Below, in pieces: positions 18,733 through 31,399 of a stretch of 64,000 nucleotides of DNA. The DNA is taken from contig CAZLRV010000007.1 in assembly GCA_964562175.1 (NCBI GenBank), forward strand, positions 3,071 to 67,070, read 5' to 3'. A program made the position numbers and the translations under genes. The stretch comes from an uncultured Lachnospiraceae bacterium (GTDB taxonomy: Bacteria; Bacillota; Clostridia; Oscillospirales; CAG-272). Positions within the stretch are counted from its first letter, which is position 1. Each line of letters begins with the position of its first letter. The notes under the pieces were generated by a model, which saw only the letters and a list, made by a program, of their open reading frames with translations, did no database searches and was not told the origin of the DNA.

Positions 18733-19426
18733 TTACAAACAGCTCCTCCTCGTCCTCGGTAAGATAACGCCATTGCCCCTCTTTAAGCGAAGCATCGAGC
18801 GATATTCCCCCGAACGATATTCTTTTAAGATATATTATTTTGTTTCCGCGTGATGCAAGCATCCGTTTGATCTGATGATATTTTCCCTCGTCAAGTGTTA
18901 TACGACCCGATACGCCGTCGTGCATTTGTACCTCGCACGGGTGTGTCCTGTAGCCGTCCGCAAGCTCTACGCCTGAAGAAAGTGCCGCCACATCGTTTCC
19001 CGTCACCTCGTCGGCACATTTAAATTCGTACACCTTCTTGACATGGTGCTTCGGTGAAAGCGCATTATGAGTGCTTTCGCCGTCGTTTGTCAAAATCAAG
19101 AGTCCGACCGTATCTTTATCAAGTCTTCCGCAGGGAAAAAGACCCATTCTTTGCAATCGCTCGTCCAACAGCTCCGTAACGGGCTTCTGCCCCGGCTCGT
19201 CCGTCGTAGATACGTAGCCGGACGGCTTATTCATCATAATGTATATAAACTTTTTATATTCGATGACCTTGTTGTCAAGCTCTATTCTGTCCGCTCTCTC
19301 ATCTATATGCACGTCGACTTTTTTCACCGTCGTGCCGTTTACCTTTATTCTGCCGCATCTTGCCGCCTTTGCACATTCGGTGCGCGACATAAGACCGCAT
19401 GAGGTAAAAAACTTGTCTATTCTCAT
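18704..19426 (-). CDS. rRNA pseudouridine synthase, RsuA/RluB family (S4 domain + catalytic domain)
   Basis: S4 start MRIDKFFTSCGLMSRTECAKAARCGRIKVNG and the catalytic motif GRLDKDTVGLLILTNDG. It overlaps the tex start by 29 nt. It has no SD of its own. Confidence 0.85.
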   Translation of the reverse strand: MRIDKFFTSCGLMSRTECAKAARCGRIKVNGTTVKKVDVHIDERADRIELDNKVIEYKKFIYIMMNKPSGYVSTTDEPGQKPVTELLDERLQRMGLFPCGRLDKDTVGLLILTNDGESTHNALSPKHHVKKVYEFKCADEVTGNDVAALSSGVELADGYRTHPCEVQMHDGVSGRITLDEGKYHQIKRMLASRGNKIIYLKRISFGGISLDASLKEGQWRYLTEDEEELFVNGHNRKISR

Positions 19427-19427
19427 A

Positions 19428-19526
19428 TCAAGTGTAGAAGGCGAAAATTACGAATGCGGCGAGAATAAAGCAAACGGTAAGCCCAAGCGTGAAGCCGAGC
19501 AGATATTTAAAAGCAAAGCCTTTCAT
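19428..19526 (-). CDS. unannotated 32-aa hydrophobic peptide, translationally coupled to the pseudouridine synthase gene
   Basis: ATG at 19526 follows a strong RBS (AAGAGGAAACAAAATG). It encodes MKGFAFKYLLGFTLGLTVCFILAAFVIFAFYT. The stop TGA at 19428-19430 is one base from the downstream ATG (TGATATG). It is below the track's 60-aa cutoff. Confidence 0.5.
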   Translation of the reverse strand: MKGFAFKYLLGFTLGLTVCFILAAFVIFAFYT

Positions 19527-19590
19527 TTTGTTTCCTCTTAAATTTCAATATTTATTTCGTTTACTTTATTTTCGGCTTTATCGTGCGATA

Positions 19591-21126
19591 TTATTCCGTT
19601 ATGCCTTTATATACGAAATTAAATCTTCCGAGCGGACAAACATCGCCGACATCGTAAAAGTCCTCGACCCTTTCATATTTTTTCGTTCCGTCACAGCACT
19701 TTATAAGCGCCGTGAATTCGCCGTTTTTCACAGCCTCACCGAGCGGTATCTCGTATGCCGCGCCGCTCTTGTCAAAGCGTGTACATTCGGGTGAGTTGAT
19801 ATCGTACATTCTGCTTTGACCCGACATTTCAAGCATCAGCCCGAGAGTCTGTCCGCTGTGCTTCACGGCATCGTTATTTGTCTTAACGGTGACAAAAAGC
19901 TTTCCGTCCCCATGGCTCACCGTGATGCTCGCTATTGAGTTCACGCCCGTTTTGTTCACATAATGCGTACCCGCTCCGTCGCAGTCACGTTCAAACGTGC
20001 CGTCGGAGGTATTGTAAAACACGGCTGTCTGTCCCTCTTTATGAAGCGGCGTTTTTTCACAACCCTTATACCGTCTGACAAAGGAAACGAGCTGACAAAA
20101 ATAATTGTCGAAATATCCGCCCCTCATCATTTCAATATCACGGCTGTACTCGTAATTTGCGCAATCAACGAACATAATGGGACGTTCGGGAATGCCCTCC
20201 CATCTGCCTGCTATCCATTCGTTCCAGCCCGTGACAAGCACAACGGGCACATCCGCTTCAATGGCACGTTCAAATTGCTCGGCAAAATTATAGCCGTACA
20301 GATAAGCGTCCTTATCGGGATCGTTGTGTCCGTTATGATACGCTCTGCCGCAATTACCGTCCTCGCCGTAAAGTACGGAGTCACCGAAACGAAGCTGAGG
20401 ATGCTGAGCGACGGAAACATTTATTACCTCGTCAACACCGTCCTCGTTTTTGAAAACTCTCTGCGGGCGGGTAAAGTCCATCCAAGGCCAGCCGCCGATC
20501 TTATCCGGCTCATTCGGCCATTGCGATTTTTTTATATTGAAGAAGCTCACACACTCCTCGGAGCATTCCTCACGTTTTGCTATTATCAAGGGTCTGCCCT
20601 CGTAATAAAACCACGTGTCCTTGCAATACTCGGGCTTATATATCGTATCGTATATTCTTTGAACCGTATCACCGGATACCGAATTGGTATAAAACATGAC
20701 TTTAGGTATCTTAAAGCCCTCGTTATGATATTCTTCAAGCACACGCATTACTTTTTTTGCATTTTCCTCGTATATGGGTCCGTTTGTCACGTCGAAAAAC
20801 AAAAAATCAATATCCGCCTGCATGAGCAGCTTCATATGTTTTCTTATTACCCATTCGTCCTCGGAAAAATAGTAGCCGTAGAACGGCTCGCCCCAATAAT
20901 GCATCGTACCTATACCGCCCCATACCTCGGAGGACGGTTTATAGCCGGCATCGGGGTCTGCCGATGTTATTTTGCTTATATCGTACGGCTTATGCCGCCA
21001 ACCTTTATCGGCACCGCACCACAAAAAATAAAACATTCCGACATATCTGCCGCCGCGTCTGCCCTCACATTCGGCACTTTGCCGTCCGAGTGCGTCCGTG
21101 CATTTCAAGCCATCAAAGCTTTTCAT
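19591..21126 (-). CDS. cytoplasmic paralog of the 13153 protein (putative TIM-barrel glycoside hydrolase, no signal peptide)
   Basis: It shares GMFYFLWCG, WGEPFYGYYFSEDEWV, IDFLFFDVTNG, GWPWMDF, VSVAQH, VLVTGWNEW and the C-terminal GD.CPLGRFNFVY. RBS GAGAGG. Confidence 0.55.
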   Translation of the reverse strand: MKSFDGLKCTDALGRQSAECEGRRGGRYVGMFYFLWCGADKGWRHKPYDISKITSADPDAGYKPSSEVWGGIGTMHYWGEPFYGYYFSEDEWVIRKHMKLLMQADIDFLFFDVTNGPIYEENAKKVMRVLEEYHNEGFKIPKVMFYTNSVSGDTVQRIYDTIYKPEYCKDTWFYYEGRPLIIAKREECSEECVSFFNIKKSQWPNEPDKIGGWPWMDFTRPQRVFKNEDGVDEVINVSVAQHPQLRFGDSVLYGEDGNCGRAYHNGHNDPDKDAYLYGYNFAEQFERAIEADVPVVLVTGWNEWIAGRWEGIPERPIMFVDCANYEYSRDIEMMRGGYFDNYFCQLVSFVRRYKGCEKTPLHKEGQTAVFYNTSDGTFERDCDGAGTHYVNKTGVNSIASITVSHGDGKLFVTVKTNNDAVKHSGQTLGLMLEMSGQSRMYDINSPECTRFDKSGAAYEIPLGEAVKNGEFTALIKCCDGTKKYERVEDFYDVGDVCPLGRFNFVYKGITE

Positions 21127-21242
21127 AAAAAACCTCTCGTTTTAGTGGGTTTGATTTAGATTATACCTTACTTGAGCGAGTTTGTCAATGCGTTTTAAGT
21201 TAATTCGGCAGCCGAAAATATAACTTTTTTACTTTCGGTGAC

Positions 21243-21271
21243 TTGACAAAACGAGCGCGGGATATTATAAT
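21243..21271 (+). promoter_or_regulatory. consensus sigma-A promoter for pheA
   Basis: TTGACA (21243-21248), a 17 nt spacer, then TATAAT (21266-21271). Confidence 0.6.
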
Positions 21272-21301
21272 CTATTTATATTAACCTAAGAGGTCGTTGT
21301 G

Positions 21302-22390
21302 ATGAATAAGCTTGAGGAAGCAAGAGAGATAATAAATGAGGTCGATGCCGAAATGGCACGCCTTTTCGAAAAAAGAATGGCGGCGGTCAAAGCCGTTGCC
21401 GAATATAAGAAGGAAAACGGAATGTCCGTGCTTGATACCTCACGTGAGGACGAGGTGATACGCAAGGGTGCCATGCGCATATCGGACGAGCTGCTTCGTT
21501 CGTACTATGTAATGTATATAAAAAACAATATGAGTGTCTCCCGTCTGTACCAACACAGACTGCTTGAGGGTATGCGTGTCGCATACAGCGGCACGGAGGG
21601 GGCTTTTGCGCATATTGCATCGGGCAAGCTGTTTCCATATGCTCAAAGAGTCGGCTACCCCGATTTTCGTGCCGCATACAACGCCGTTGAGGGCGGCGAA
21701 TGCGATTGTGCCGTCCTGCCGATCGAAAACAGCAATAACGGCGAGGTCGGTGCGGTAACGGATCTTATGTTTTCCGGTACTCTGTACATAAACGATGTGT
21801 TTGCTCTTGCCGTCGAACAAAGTCTGCTTGCCAAAAAAGGAACGAAGCTTGACGATATAAAAGAGGTCGTCAGCCATCCGCAGGCACTCGGTCAATGCTC
21901 GGAATACATACGCTCGCACGGCTGGTTGAGCCATGAATACGCAAATACCGCTCTTGCGGCAAAATACGTTGCCGAGTCGGACAGGCGTGACATTGCCGCA
22001 ATAGCCTCGCATGAAAGTGCGGAAATATTCTCTCTGGACACACTCGACGAACGCATAAACACAGACAGAACGAACACAACACGCTTTGCGGTATTCTCCC
22101 GTTCGGAAAACAGAATGATATCATCACGCATGGGCGCTCATTTTATTCTCGTGTTCACGGTCAAGAACGAGGCAGGCTCGCTCGCCCGTGCAATAGATGT
22201 AATAGGTAATTACGGCTTTAATATGCGTACACTGCGTTCCCGTCCGATGAAAGAGCTTTTATGGAGCTACTACTTCTATGTCGAATGCGAGGGCAATATA
22301 CATTCCGAAAACGGCGAGAGGATGATGGCAGCCCTGTCTCCGCTCTGCGACAAGCTCAAGCTTGTCGGCGCATATGCGCAGAACAACTGA
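21302..22390 (+). CDS. pheA: bifunctional chorismate mutase / prephenate dehydratase (P-protein) with ACT domain
   Basis: AroQ-type CM N-terminus (LEEAREIINEVDAEMARLFEKRMAAV), a PDT core (MRVAYSGTEGAFAHIA, TRF motif NTTRFAVF), and a C-terminal ACT domain. ATG at 21302 lies after RBS AAGAGG. Confidence 0.85.
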   Translation: MNKLEEAREIINEVDAEMARLFEKRMAAVKAVAEYKKENGMSVLDTSREDEVIRKGAMRISDELLRSYYVMYIKNNMSVSRLYQHRLLEGMRVAYSGTEGAFAHIASGKLFPYAQRVGYPDFRAAYNAVEGGECDCAVLPIENSNNGEVGAVTDLMFSGTLYINDVFALAVEQSLLAKKGTKLDDIKEVVSHPQALGQCSEYIRSHGWLSHEYANTALAAKYVAESDRRDIAAIASHESAEIFSLDTLDERINTDRTNTTRFAVFSRSENRMISSRMGAHFILVFTVKNEAGSLARAIDVIGNYGFNMRTLRSRPMKELLWSYYFYVECEGNIHSENGERMMAALSPLCDKLKLVGAYAQNN

Positions 22391-22395
22391 AAAAT

Positions 22396-22432
22396 AAGGT
22401 CAGGCTCGTTTTTTCGGGCTTGACCTTTTTAT
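22396..22432. terminator. bidirectional terminator between pheA and the ABC operon
   Basis: AAGGTCAGGC / GCTTGACCTT stem flanked by an A-run and a T-run. Confidence 0.6.
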
Positions 22433-22437
22433 ATAAA

Positions 22438-23181
22438 TCACTTAGACAAAAACGCCTTTGTTTTGGGACTTACGGGAGAACCGAAGACACGGCTCGGTGT
22501 TCCCATTTCCTCTATTATGCCGTCTGCCATAAATATGACCTTATCCGCGACGTTTCTCGCAAATTCCATTTCGTGCGTTACGACGAGCATGGTAGTGTTT
22601 GTTTCCTTCAGCTCTTTCATTACCTTAAGCACCTCCGCCGTCAGCTCGGGGTCAAGTGCCGAGGTAGGTTCATCAAAGCACAAAATATCGGGGGAGAGAG
22701 CCAAGGCACGGGCTATGGCAACTCTCTGTTGCTGTCCGCCGGAGAGCCGGCACGGGTAGCTACCCGATTTTTCGGTGAGTCCCACGCGTGCTATAAGCTC
22801 ATGGGCACGTGACATTATGATATCGGGTGTATCTATTTTAAGAAGCTTCGGGGCAAGCGTTACGTTTTCGAATACGGTGTATTGCGGAAACAGATTAAAC
22901 GATTGGAACACAAGCCCGAAGTGAAGTCTGTTGAGTCTTATCCGCTCATCCGTCATTTTTTTGCGTGTTGCTCCGTCAAACAGCACCTCGCCGTTTACCG
23001 AGATAGTGCCGCCGTCGGCAAATTCAAGAAAATTCAAGCATCTGAGCAAGGTCGTTTTGCCGCCGCCGGAGGAGCCGATTACCGCCAGCACCTCGCCCTT
23101 TTCAAGTGTAAACGATATACCCTTAAGCACCTCGGTCTTGCCGAAGCTCTTACGTAAATTATTAACTTCAAGTACAGACAT
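22438..23181 (-). CDS. polar amino-acid ABC transporter ATPase (GlnQ/ArtP type)
   Basis: Walker A GSSGGGKTT, signature LSGGQQQRV, Walker B ILCFDEPTSALD. RBS GGAGGG. Confidence 0.9.
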   Translation of the reverse strand: MSVLEVNNLRKSFGKTEVLKGISFTLEKGEVLAVIGSSGGGKTTLLRCLNFLEFADGGTISVNGEVLFDGATRKKMTDERIRLNRLHFGLVFQSFNLFPQYTVFENVTLAPKLLKIDTPDIIMSRAHELIARVGLTEKSGSYPCRLSGGQQQRVAIARALALSPDILCFDEPTSALDPELTAEVLKVMKELKETNTTMLVVTHEMEFARNVADKVIFMADGIIEEMGTPSRVFGSPVSPKTKAFLSK

Positions 23182-23193
23182 GATCGCCCTCCG

Positions 23194-23850
23194 TTAATTT
23201 AAGTAAGCGAGCTTCTTTTCCACACGGGAAAAGACCACGGTCAGAATGCCGCTGAACAGCAGATAGAACACGCCCGTAAAGAAGAGCGGCCATATTATTC
23301 CCTGCAGCTTTATGTATCTTTCGCCCGCGAAAATAAGCTCTTGAACGGCGATTATTCTCGATAAAGACGTATCCTTGACGAGCGTTATTATTTCGTTGCT
23401 CATCGGCGGTATTATTCTTTTTACCACCTGAAGCAATATCACCTTGAAAAATATTTGACTCTTTGTCATACCGAGAACCTGACCCGCCTCGTATTGTCCC
23501 CTTGAAATGCTCTCGATACCGCCTCTGTATATTTCGGAAAAATAGCAAGAATAATTCAATACAAATGCCACTATCGTTGCGATAAAACGCGAGCTGTCGC
23601 CCGTACCCCATATATTAACATGAAATATTAAGGACGGTCCGTAGAATATCAGCATAAGCTGCAACATAAGAGGCGTGCCTCTTATCACCCACACAAAGCC
23701 GCGAATCAAATATTTCAGCGGCTTGAAGCGGCTCATTGAGCCTAAGCATATCAAAAGTCCGAGAGGTATGGCACCTAACAATGTCAGCGAAAATATCTCA
23801 AGAGTTACCAAAAAGCCGTCGGAAAGCGAGGCTAATATTTTAAAATCCAT
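23194..23850 (-). CDS. amino-acid ABC transporter permease (HisM/GlnP type)
   Basis: 218 aa with about 5 TM helices and an EAA-like loop (SRGQYEAGQVLGMTKSQIFFKVILLQ). Confidence 0.85.
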   Translation of the reverse strand: MDFKILASLSDGFLVTLEIFSLTLLGAIPLGLLICLGSMSRFKPLKYLIRGFVWVIRGTPLMLQLMLIFYGPSLIFHVNIWGTGDSSRFIATIVAFVLNYSCYFSEIYRGGIESISRGQYEAGQVLGMTKSQIFFKVILLQVVKRIIPPMSNEIITLVKDTSLSRIIAVQELIFAGERYIKLQGIIWPLFFTGVFYLLFSGILTVVFSRVEKKLAYLN

Positions 23851-23945
23851 TATCTGTTTATTTGTTCCTTAACAATAATCATAAAACACATTAAGACCTG
23901 CCCCGAAATACGCTTTCGAGGCAGGTGCTTTAAGCTGTTTTCAGC

Positions 23946-24794
23946 TTATTTTTGTTCGATCAAAGATTCTTGAACGCCGTACTTTTGAGCGAGAGTTTGC
24001 ATTTTGCCATCTGCATAGTACTTCTTCATAAACTCGTTAAGCTCGGCGGCAAGGGGTGAATCTTTTCTGAAGCCTACGCCGTACTGCTCTTTCTGATCCT
24101 CGTTGAGTGCAACGGAGAGTGCAAGGTCGGAGTAAGATGTACCCTCACCTATCATAGCTCCCGCCATGAGCAGGTCTATAACGGCAGCCTCGGATGTACC
24201 CGCCTTTACGTTGGTAAGTGCATCGGCTTGGCTCTCAACGGGTGTTACGTCCATATTAAGTGCGGTAAGCACCTTTTCTCCGGCAGAACCGCCCTCTGCG
24301 GCGAATTTAAGACCCTTAACGTCATCTATCGTCTTGTATTGATCTGCTTTTGCGGCGGGAACAACAACGACCTGCATATTCGTGCAATAGGGGTTTGAGG
24401 TCTCCATCGCATTTTTAATAGCGTCATCAAGCGTCATACCGTTCCATACGCAATCTATGTTTTTGCTGTTAAGCTCCAATATCTTCTTGTCCCAGTTGAT
24501 AACGACGAACTCTGCCTTAACGCCTATGCTCTCGGCAAACGCCTTTGCCATTTCCGCGTCAAAGCCTATCCACTCGTCACTGCCCTCTTCCTTGTAATCC
24601 ATGGGCGCGAACTCGGTTATACCGATAACGAGCTTGCCTTTATTCTTCACATAATCGAGATCCGTGTTTTCTTTCTTTTCTTCTCCCGAATCAAGGTCGT
24701 TTCCCTTTTTGTCCGAGCAACCCGTAAATGCGATGCACGCAACGCTCATGAGTACTGCCAATACCAATGCAAGTATTCTTGCCGATTTTTTCAT
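23946..24794 (-). CDS. amino-acid ABC substrate-binding lipoprotein (family 3)
   Basis: Lipobox LMSVACIAFTGCS and an SBP_bac_3-like core. Start moved to MKKSARIL, because the track's GTG start contains the RBS AAGGAG. Confidence 0.85.
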   Translation of the reverse strand: MKKSARILALVLAVLMSVACIAFTGCSDKKGNDLDSGEEKKENTDLDYVKNKGKLVIGITEFAPMDYKEEGSDEWIGFDAEMAKAFAESIGVKAEFVVINWDKKILELNSKNIDCVWNGMTLDDAIKNAMETSNPYCTNMQVVVVPAAKADQYKTIDDVKGLKFAAEGGSAGEKVLTALNMDVTPVESQADALTNVKAGTSEAAVIDLLMAGAMIGEGTSYSDLALSVALNEDQKEQYGVGFRKDSPLAAELNEFMKKYYADGKMQTLAQKYGVQESLIEQK

Positions 24795-24837
24795 AATATT
24801 TTTCTCCTTTATCACTTTAGTTTGCTAAAGTGGTGAC

Positions 24838-24866
24838 ATTATACCACACAAAAGCCGTTTTGTCAA
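24838..24866 (-). promoter_or_regulatory. consensus sigma-A promoter for the amino-acid ABC operon
   Basis: On the minus strand: TTGACA (24866-24861), a 17 nt spacer, then TATAAT (24843-24838) with an extended -10 TG. Confidence 0.6.
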
Positions 24867-24945
24867 TAGCTTTTCGAAAATAATTTCAAATATTTTCAAA
24901 AAGCCCGTTGACTGCTAAGCGACCCCGCTTATATGCTAAGCGAAT

Positions 24946-24984
24946 AATTGAAAATGCGGCGGAAAGCTATCTGCTTTCCGCCGC
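24946..24984 (-). terminator. rho-independent terminator of ugd
   Basis: 12-bp perfect stem GCGGCGGAAAGC / GCTTTCCGCCGC, followed on the minus strand by ATTTTCAATTATT. Confidence 0.7.
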
Positions 24985-25018
24985 AATATGCAAATATTAC
25001 GGAATTTGTTACTGTATG

Positions 25019-26203
25019 TCAATCTCTGAAATAGATATCTCTTGTATAGACTTTATCAATCACGTCTTTAAGATCGTCGCTGTTTCTGTTTGCGATTATC
25101 ACGTCGCACAGCGACTTGAATTCGTCGATATCCTCGATGACATGGCTGTTGAAAAACGTGCTTTCCTTGAGAGTCGGCTCAAAGACAACGACCTCAATGC
25201 CCTTTGCCTTGATACGCTTCATTACGCCCTGTATCGACGATTGACGGAAATTATCGCTGTTTGCTTTCATCGTAAGACGGAATATACCGACGGTCTTGGG
25301 CTTTTTCGCGATTATTTGATCGGCTATAAAATCCTTTCGTGTGCTGTTTGAGTCAACTATAGCCGAAATAAGATTCTGCGGCACGTCCGCATAGTTTGCT
25401 CTGAGCTGCTTCGTGTCCTTGGGCAGGCAGTAGCCGCCGTAGCCGAAGGACGGATTGTTATAGAAATTACCGATACGTCCGTCAAGGCATACGCCCTCGA
25501 TTATCGCCCGTGTGTCGAGTCCCTTTGTTGCCGCATACGTATCAAGCTCATTGAAATACGCAACACGCAGAGCAAGATATGTATTCGCAAAAAGCTTTAT
25601 CGCCTCCGCTTCCGTAAGTCCGGGGAAAAGAACCTCGATATCTTCTTTTAATGCACCCTCTTTAAGCAGTGATGCGAATGTCCTTGCTCTCTCTGCAAGC
25701 TTCTCATCGTCCTTCGGGCAGCCCACGATTATACGGTCGGGATACAGATTATCCTCAAGCGCATGACCCTCTCGCAAGAATTCGGGGGAAAAGATTATTC
25801 TGTCACAATTATATTTTTTTCTTATATTAAGCGTGTATCCGACGGGAACCGTGGATTTAATGACCATCGTTGCGTTTTCGTTTACTCGCATTACCTGTTC
25901 TATAACGCTTTCGACTGCCGAGGTATCGAAATAATTCTTCTCCGGGTCGTAATTTGTCGGAGCGGCTATTATAACGAAATCCGCATCGGCATAAGCCTTA
26001 TCCCCGTCCGTCGTTGCGGTCAGCTTCAACGGTCTGTTTACCAGATATTCCTCTATTTTTTCATCCGCTATGGGCGAATGACCGATATTTATCATATCTA
26101 CTTTTTCTTTTATTATATCGACCGCCTTGACGGTATTCTTCTGTGCCAAAAGCACCGCCATGGACAAACCGACGTAGCCTGTTCCCGCAACCGCAATTTT
26201 CAT
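25019..26203 (-). CDS. ugd: UDP-glucose 6-dehydrogenase
   Basis: Rossmann start [14 protein letters not shown] and the catalytic region [23 protein letters not shown] is 8 nt upstream of the ATG at 26203. Confidence 0.9.
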   Translation of the reverse strand: MKIAVAGTGYVGLSMAVLLAQKNTVKAVDIIKEKVDMINIGHSPIADEKIEEYLVNRPLKLTATTDGDKAYADADFVIIAAPTNYDPEKNYFDTSAVESVIEQVMRVNENATMVIKSTVPVGYTLNIRKKYNCDRIIFSPEFLREGHALEDNLYPDRIIVGCPKDDEKLAERARTFASLLKEGALKEDIEVLFPGLTEAEAIKLFANTYLALRVAYFNELDTYAATKGLDTRAIIEGVCLDGRIGNFYNNPSFGYGGYCLPKDTKQLRANYADVPQNLISAIVDSNSTRKDFIADQIIAKKPKTVGIFRLTMKANSDNFRQSSIQGVMKRIKAKGIEVVVFEPTLKESTFFNSHVIEDIDEFKSLCDVIIANRNSDDLKDVIDKVYTRDIYFRD

Positions 26204-26428
26204 TTTACACACTCCTTAACGTGGTAACGTATAACACAAGCTAATTTTAGCAAAAAAAGCGGCTCTTGTTGTTAATAATGATGATGAATATTGTGAACTT
26301 ATATATTTTTTTGATTATTTTTACAAAACGAGGTATTTTGCGTGCCGATGCGTCGAAAATAGATAATAATATTTTCGGCACAATCGGCTCTGTGAGAAAA
26401 AAATTCACAAATTATACTAAATATCTCC

Positions 26429-26457
26429 TTGAATTTACAGGCATTCAATGGTATATT
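26429..26457 (+). promoter_or_regulatory. candidate sigma-A promoter of the hrcA operon
   Basis: TTGAAT, a 17 nt spacer, then TATATT with an extended -10 TG. It lies 11 nt upstream of CIRCE. Confidence 0.55.
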
Positions 26458-26468
26458 TTATCCATAAG

Positions 26469-26495
26469 TTAGCACTCAAAGACGTAAAGTGCTAA
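26469..26495 (+). promoter_or_regulatory. CIRCE operator (HrcA binding site)
   Basis: TTAGCACTC-N9-AAGTGCTAA, one mismatch from the consensus TTAGCACTC-N9-GAGTGCTAA. It sits directly upstream of hrcA. Confidence 0.85.
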
Positions 26496-26510
26496 AGAAA
26501 GGGGTTTTCA

Positions 26511-27607
26511 ATGGGTGTAGGCGACGAGCTTTCGTCAAGAAAAAAGCAAATACTGAAGGCTCTCATCGATGCACACATCGAAAACGGAGAGCCGGTCGGC
26601 TCGAAATACCTGACCTCTGAGGGCGGTATAAGATATTCGTCTGCGACGGTACGCAACGAAATGAGCGAGCTTGAGGAAATGGGCTACCTTCTTCAGCCAC
26701 ACACCTCGGCGGGCAGAGTGCCGTCAAAGCTTGGCTATAGGTTTTATGTAGATGCCTTGATGCAGGCTTATTCCCTGACGACGAAGGAGCTTGAGGAGCT
26801 TAATCATATGCAATCCATGCGTATGGCAGAGCTTGACAAGATACTCAATGCGGCAGGTAAGCTGATAGCTTCGATGACAAACTACACGACGCTTGCCGTC
26901 AAGCCCAGACCCTCGCAAGGTACGGTATCGTGCTTCAAGACCGTGTTTGTTGACGAACGGAACTACGTTTTGAGCATGATAATGAGCGATCGGACGGTTA
27001 AATCAAAATATATCCATACGCCGTTTGACATAAACGATGACATACTCAATCGGCTGTGCGGAGTATTGAACAACACCATTGCCTCGGTCACCTCGGATAA
27101 GATAACGCTTCCCTTGATAATGAAGATGGAAAATGACATGGGCGTACATGACCATCTCATTTCACCGGTCATAAAGGCAGTTTACGAGGTATGCAACAGC
27201 ACGGACGAGGGTGAGCTTAAGCTTGAGGGAGTCGACAAGCTTCTCGAATATCCCGAATTCACCGATATCAAAAAGCTCAGAAAGCTGCTTTCGGCGCTTG
27301 AAAACAAGGACGATATAATGCAGCTTGTCGAAAGCTCGGAGAGCGAGGACATGAGTATATATATCGGCGGAGAGGAGAATGCCTCGATAGTTGCCGATTC
27401 GTCCATGATATTGCAAAAGCTGACCGTGGGCGGGCGTGTTGTCGGAGCGATAGGTGTTATCGGTCCGAGAAGAATGGAATACTCACGAGTGGTGGCAATG
27501 GTCAAATATCTTGCCGATTGCATATCGGGTATGATGGAGGACGAAACAGTTCGGCAGCTTAAGCCTCCGAACGACGTAACGGATAATAAAGGAGATAATA
27601 ACGGCGA

Positions 27608-27611
<4 letters not shown>
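26511..27611 (+). CDS. hrcA: heat-inducible transcription repressor HrcA
   Basis: N-terminus LSSRKKQILKALIDAHIENGEPVGSKYL, a length of 366 aa, and the first position in the hrcA-grpE-dnaK-dnaJ order. Confidence 0.9.
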
Positions 27612-30080
<2,469 letters not shown>

Positions 30081-30125
30081 GCATTAAAACGCGCTGAGCT
30101 TGCGTTGAGTGCGAAATGTATAAAT

Positions 30126-30175
30126 ACACAAAAAATACCTGCATTTTACAAAATTACCGCAGGTAGTTTTTGTGT
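30126..30175 (+). terminator. long hairpin / partial terminator between dnaK and dnaJ
   Basis: 17-bp stem with one mismatch (ACACAAAAAATACCTGC / GCAGGTAGTTTTTGTGT). The 3' arm itself carries a T-run. Confidence 0.5.
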
Positions 30176-30262
30176 ATTGAGGGAAATTGAATTTTATACT
30201 ATACACTTACATATTTGTCATCATATGTAAATTGACGAAATCAAAGTGAAAAGAGATTTGTT

Positions 30263-31399
30263 ATGGCAGAAACCAAACGTGATTATTACGAGGTACTCGG
30301 AGTTGAAAAGGGTGCCTCGGATGCCGACATAAAAAAAGCCTACAGGACGATAGCGAAAAAATATCACCCCGACCTTCATCCGGGCGATGCGGAGTGTGAA
30401 AAAAAATTCAAGGAAGCAAACGAGGCGTATGAGGTGCTTTCCGACAGCGAAAAGCGTTCGAAATACGATCGCTTCGGTCATGCCGGTGTTGACCCCAACG
30501 CTTCATACGGTGGTGGCGGCTTCGGCGGCGGCTTCAGTGATTTCGGCGTGGATCTGGGCGATATATTCGGCTCGTTCTTCGGTTCGTCCTCCGGCTCCGG
30601 CTCAAGACGCGGCTCGGACGGTGCGGATATATTTCAGCGTGTGTATTTGACCTTTGAGGAAGCGGCATTCGGCTGTAAAAAAGAGGTCAAGTACGCAAGG
30701 GTGGAAAAATGTCCCGATTGCTCCGGAAGCGGAGCGGCTAAGGACAGCGAGGTAAAAACGTGCGATAAGTGCGGCGGACGAGGTCAGATAAATACCACTC
30801 AAAGAACATTTTTGGGAATGATGCAATCTACCGTCGTTTGCGACAAGTGCGGCGGCAAGGGCAAAATAATCTCAAGTCCGTGCAAAAACTGCCGCGGCAA
30901 GGGCTATATACGCATAAACAAGAAGATAGAGGTAAACATCCCGGCGGGCATCGACGAGGGACAGCGTTTATCGGTACGCGGTCAGGGCGATGTCAGCACG
31001 AGCGGAATGAATCCGGGCGACCTCATAATAGAGGTATCCGTGCGTCCTCACAGTATGTTTACACGTGACGGAGCGGACATATACTGCGAGGTACCGATAA
31101 CCTTTGTTGAGGCGGCACTTGGAGCGGAGCTTGACATACCGACGCTTGAGGGTAATATCAAGTACAAGATTCCCGAGGGTACTCAAACGGGTACGGAATT
31201 TACCGTTAAAGGCTCCGGCATAGTGAATATAAGCACGGGCAGACGCGGAAATTTGATATTCAGAGTAGTTATCGAAACGCCTAAGAATCTGAGTGATAAA
31301 CAAAAACAGCTTTTGCGTGATTTTGCGCAATCGTGCGGAAAGGGCAATTTCAAGAATCGCCAAACCTTTTTCGATAAAATATTCAAGGATAAAAAATAA
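30263..31399 (+). CDS. dnaJ: co-chaperone DnaJ (J domain, G/F region, four CxxCxGxG zinc motifs)
   Basis: YYEVLGV...KKYHPD, a Gly/Phe-rich linker, and the motifs [24 protein letters not shown] and CKNCRGKG. Confidence 0.95.
   Translation: MAETKRDYYEVLGVEKGASDADIKKAYRTIAKKYHPDLHPGDAECEKKFKEANEAYEVLSDSEKRSKYDRFGHAGVDPNASYGGGGFGGGFSDFGVDLGDIFGSFFGSSSGSGSRRGSDGADIFQRVYLTFEEAAFGCKKEVKYARVEKCPDCSGSGAAKDSEVKTCDKCGGRGQINTTQRTFLGMMQSTVVCDKCGGKGKIISSPCKNCRGKGYIRINKKIEVNIPAGIDEGQRLSVRGQGDVSTSGMNPGDLIIEVSVRPHSMFTRDGADIYCEVPITFVEAALGAELDIPTLEGNIKYKIPEGTQTGTEFTVKGSGIVNISTGRRGNLIFRVVIETPKNLSDKQKQLLRDFAQSCGKGNFKNRQTFFDKIFKDKK

Noticed and set aside
19963-21159. 398-aa plus-strand ORF in the track
   Set aside because: It lies entirely antisense to the well-supported 19591..21126 CDS. 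It has no RBS and a low-complexity, Arg/Ile-rich translation. It is a shadow ORF.
21127-21298. Phe attenuator or T-box upstream of pheA
   Set aside because: The consensus promoter at 21243-21271 leaves about 25 nt of leader. There is no leader peptide or terminator.
26266-26472. 68-aa ORF upstream of hrcA
   Set aside because: It has a TTG start, no RBS and an AT-rich low-complexity translation. It overlaps the hrcA promoter and CIRCE.
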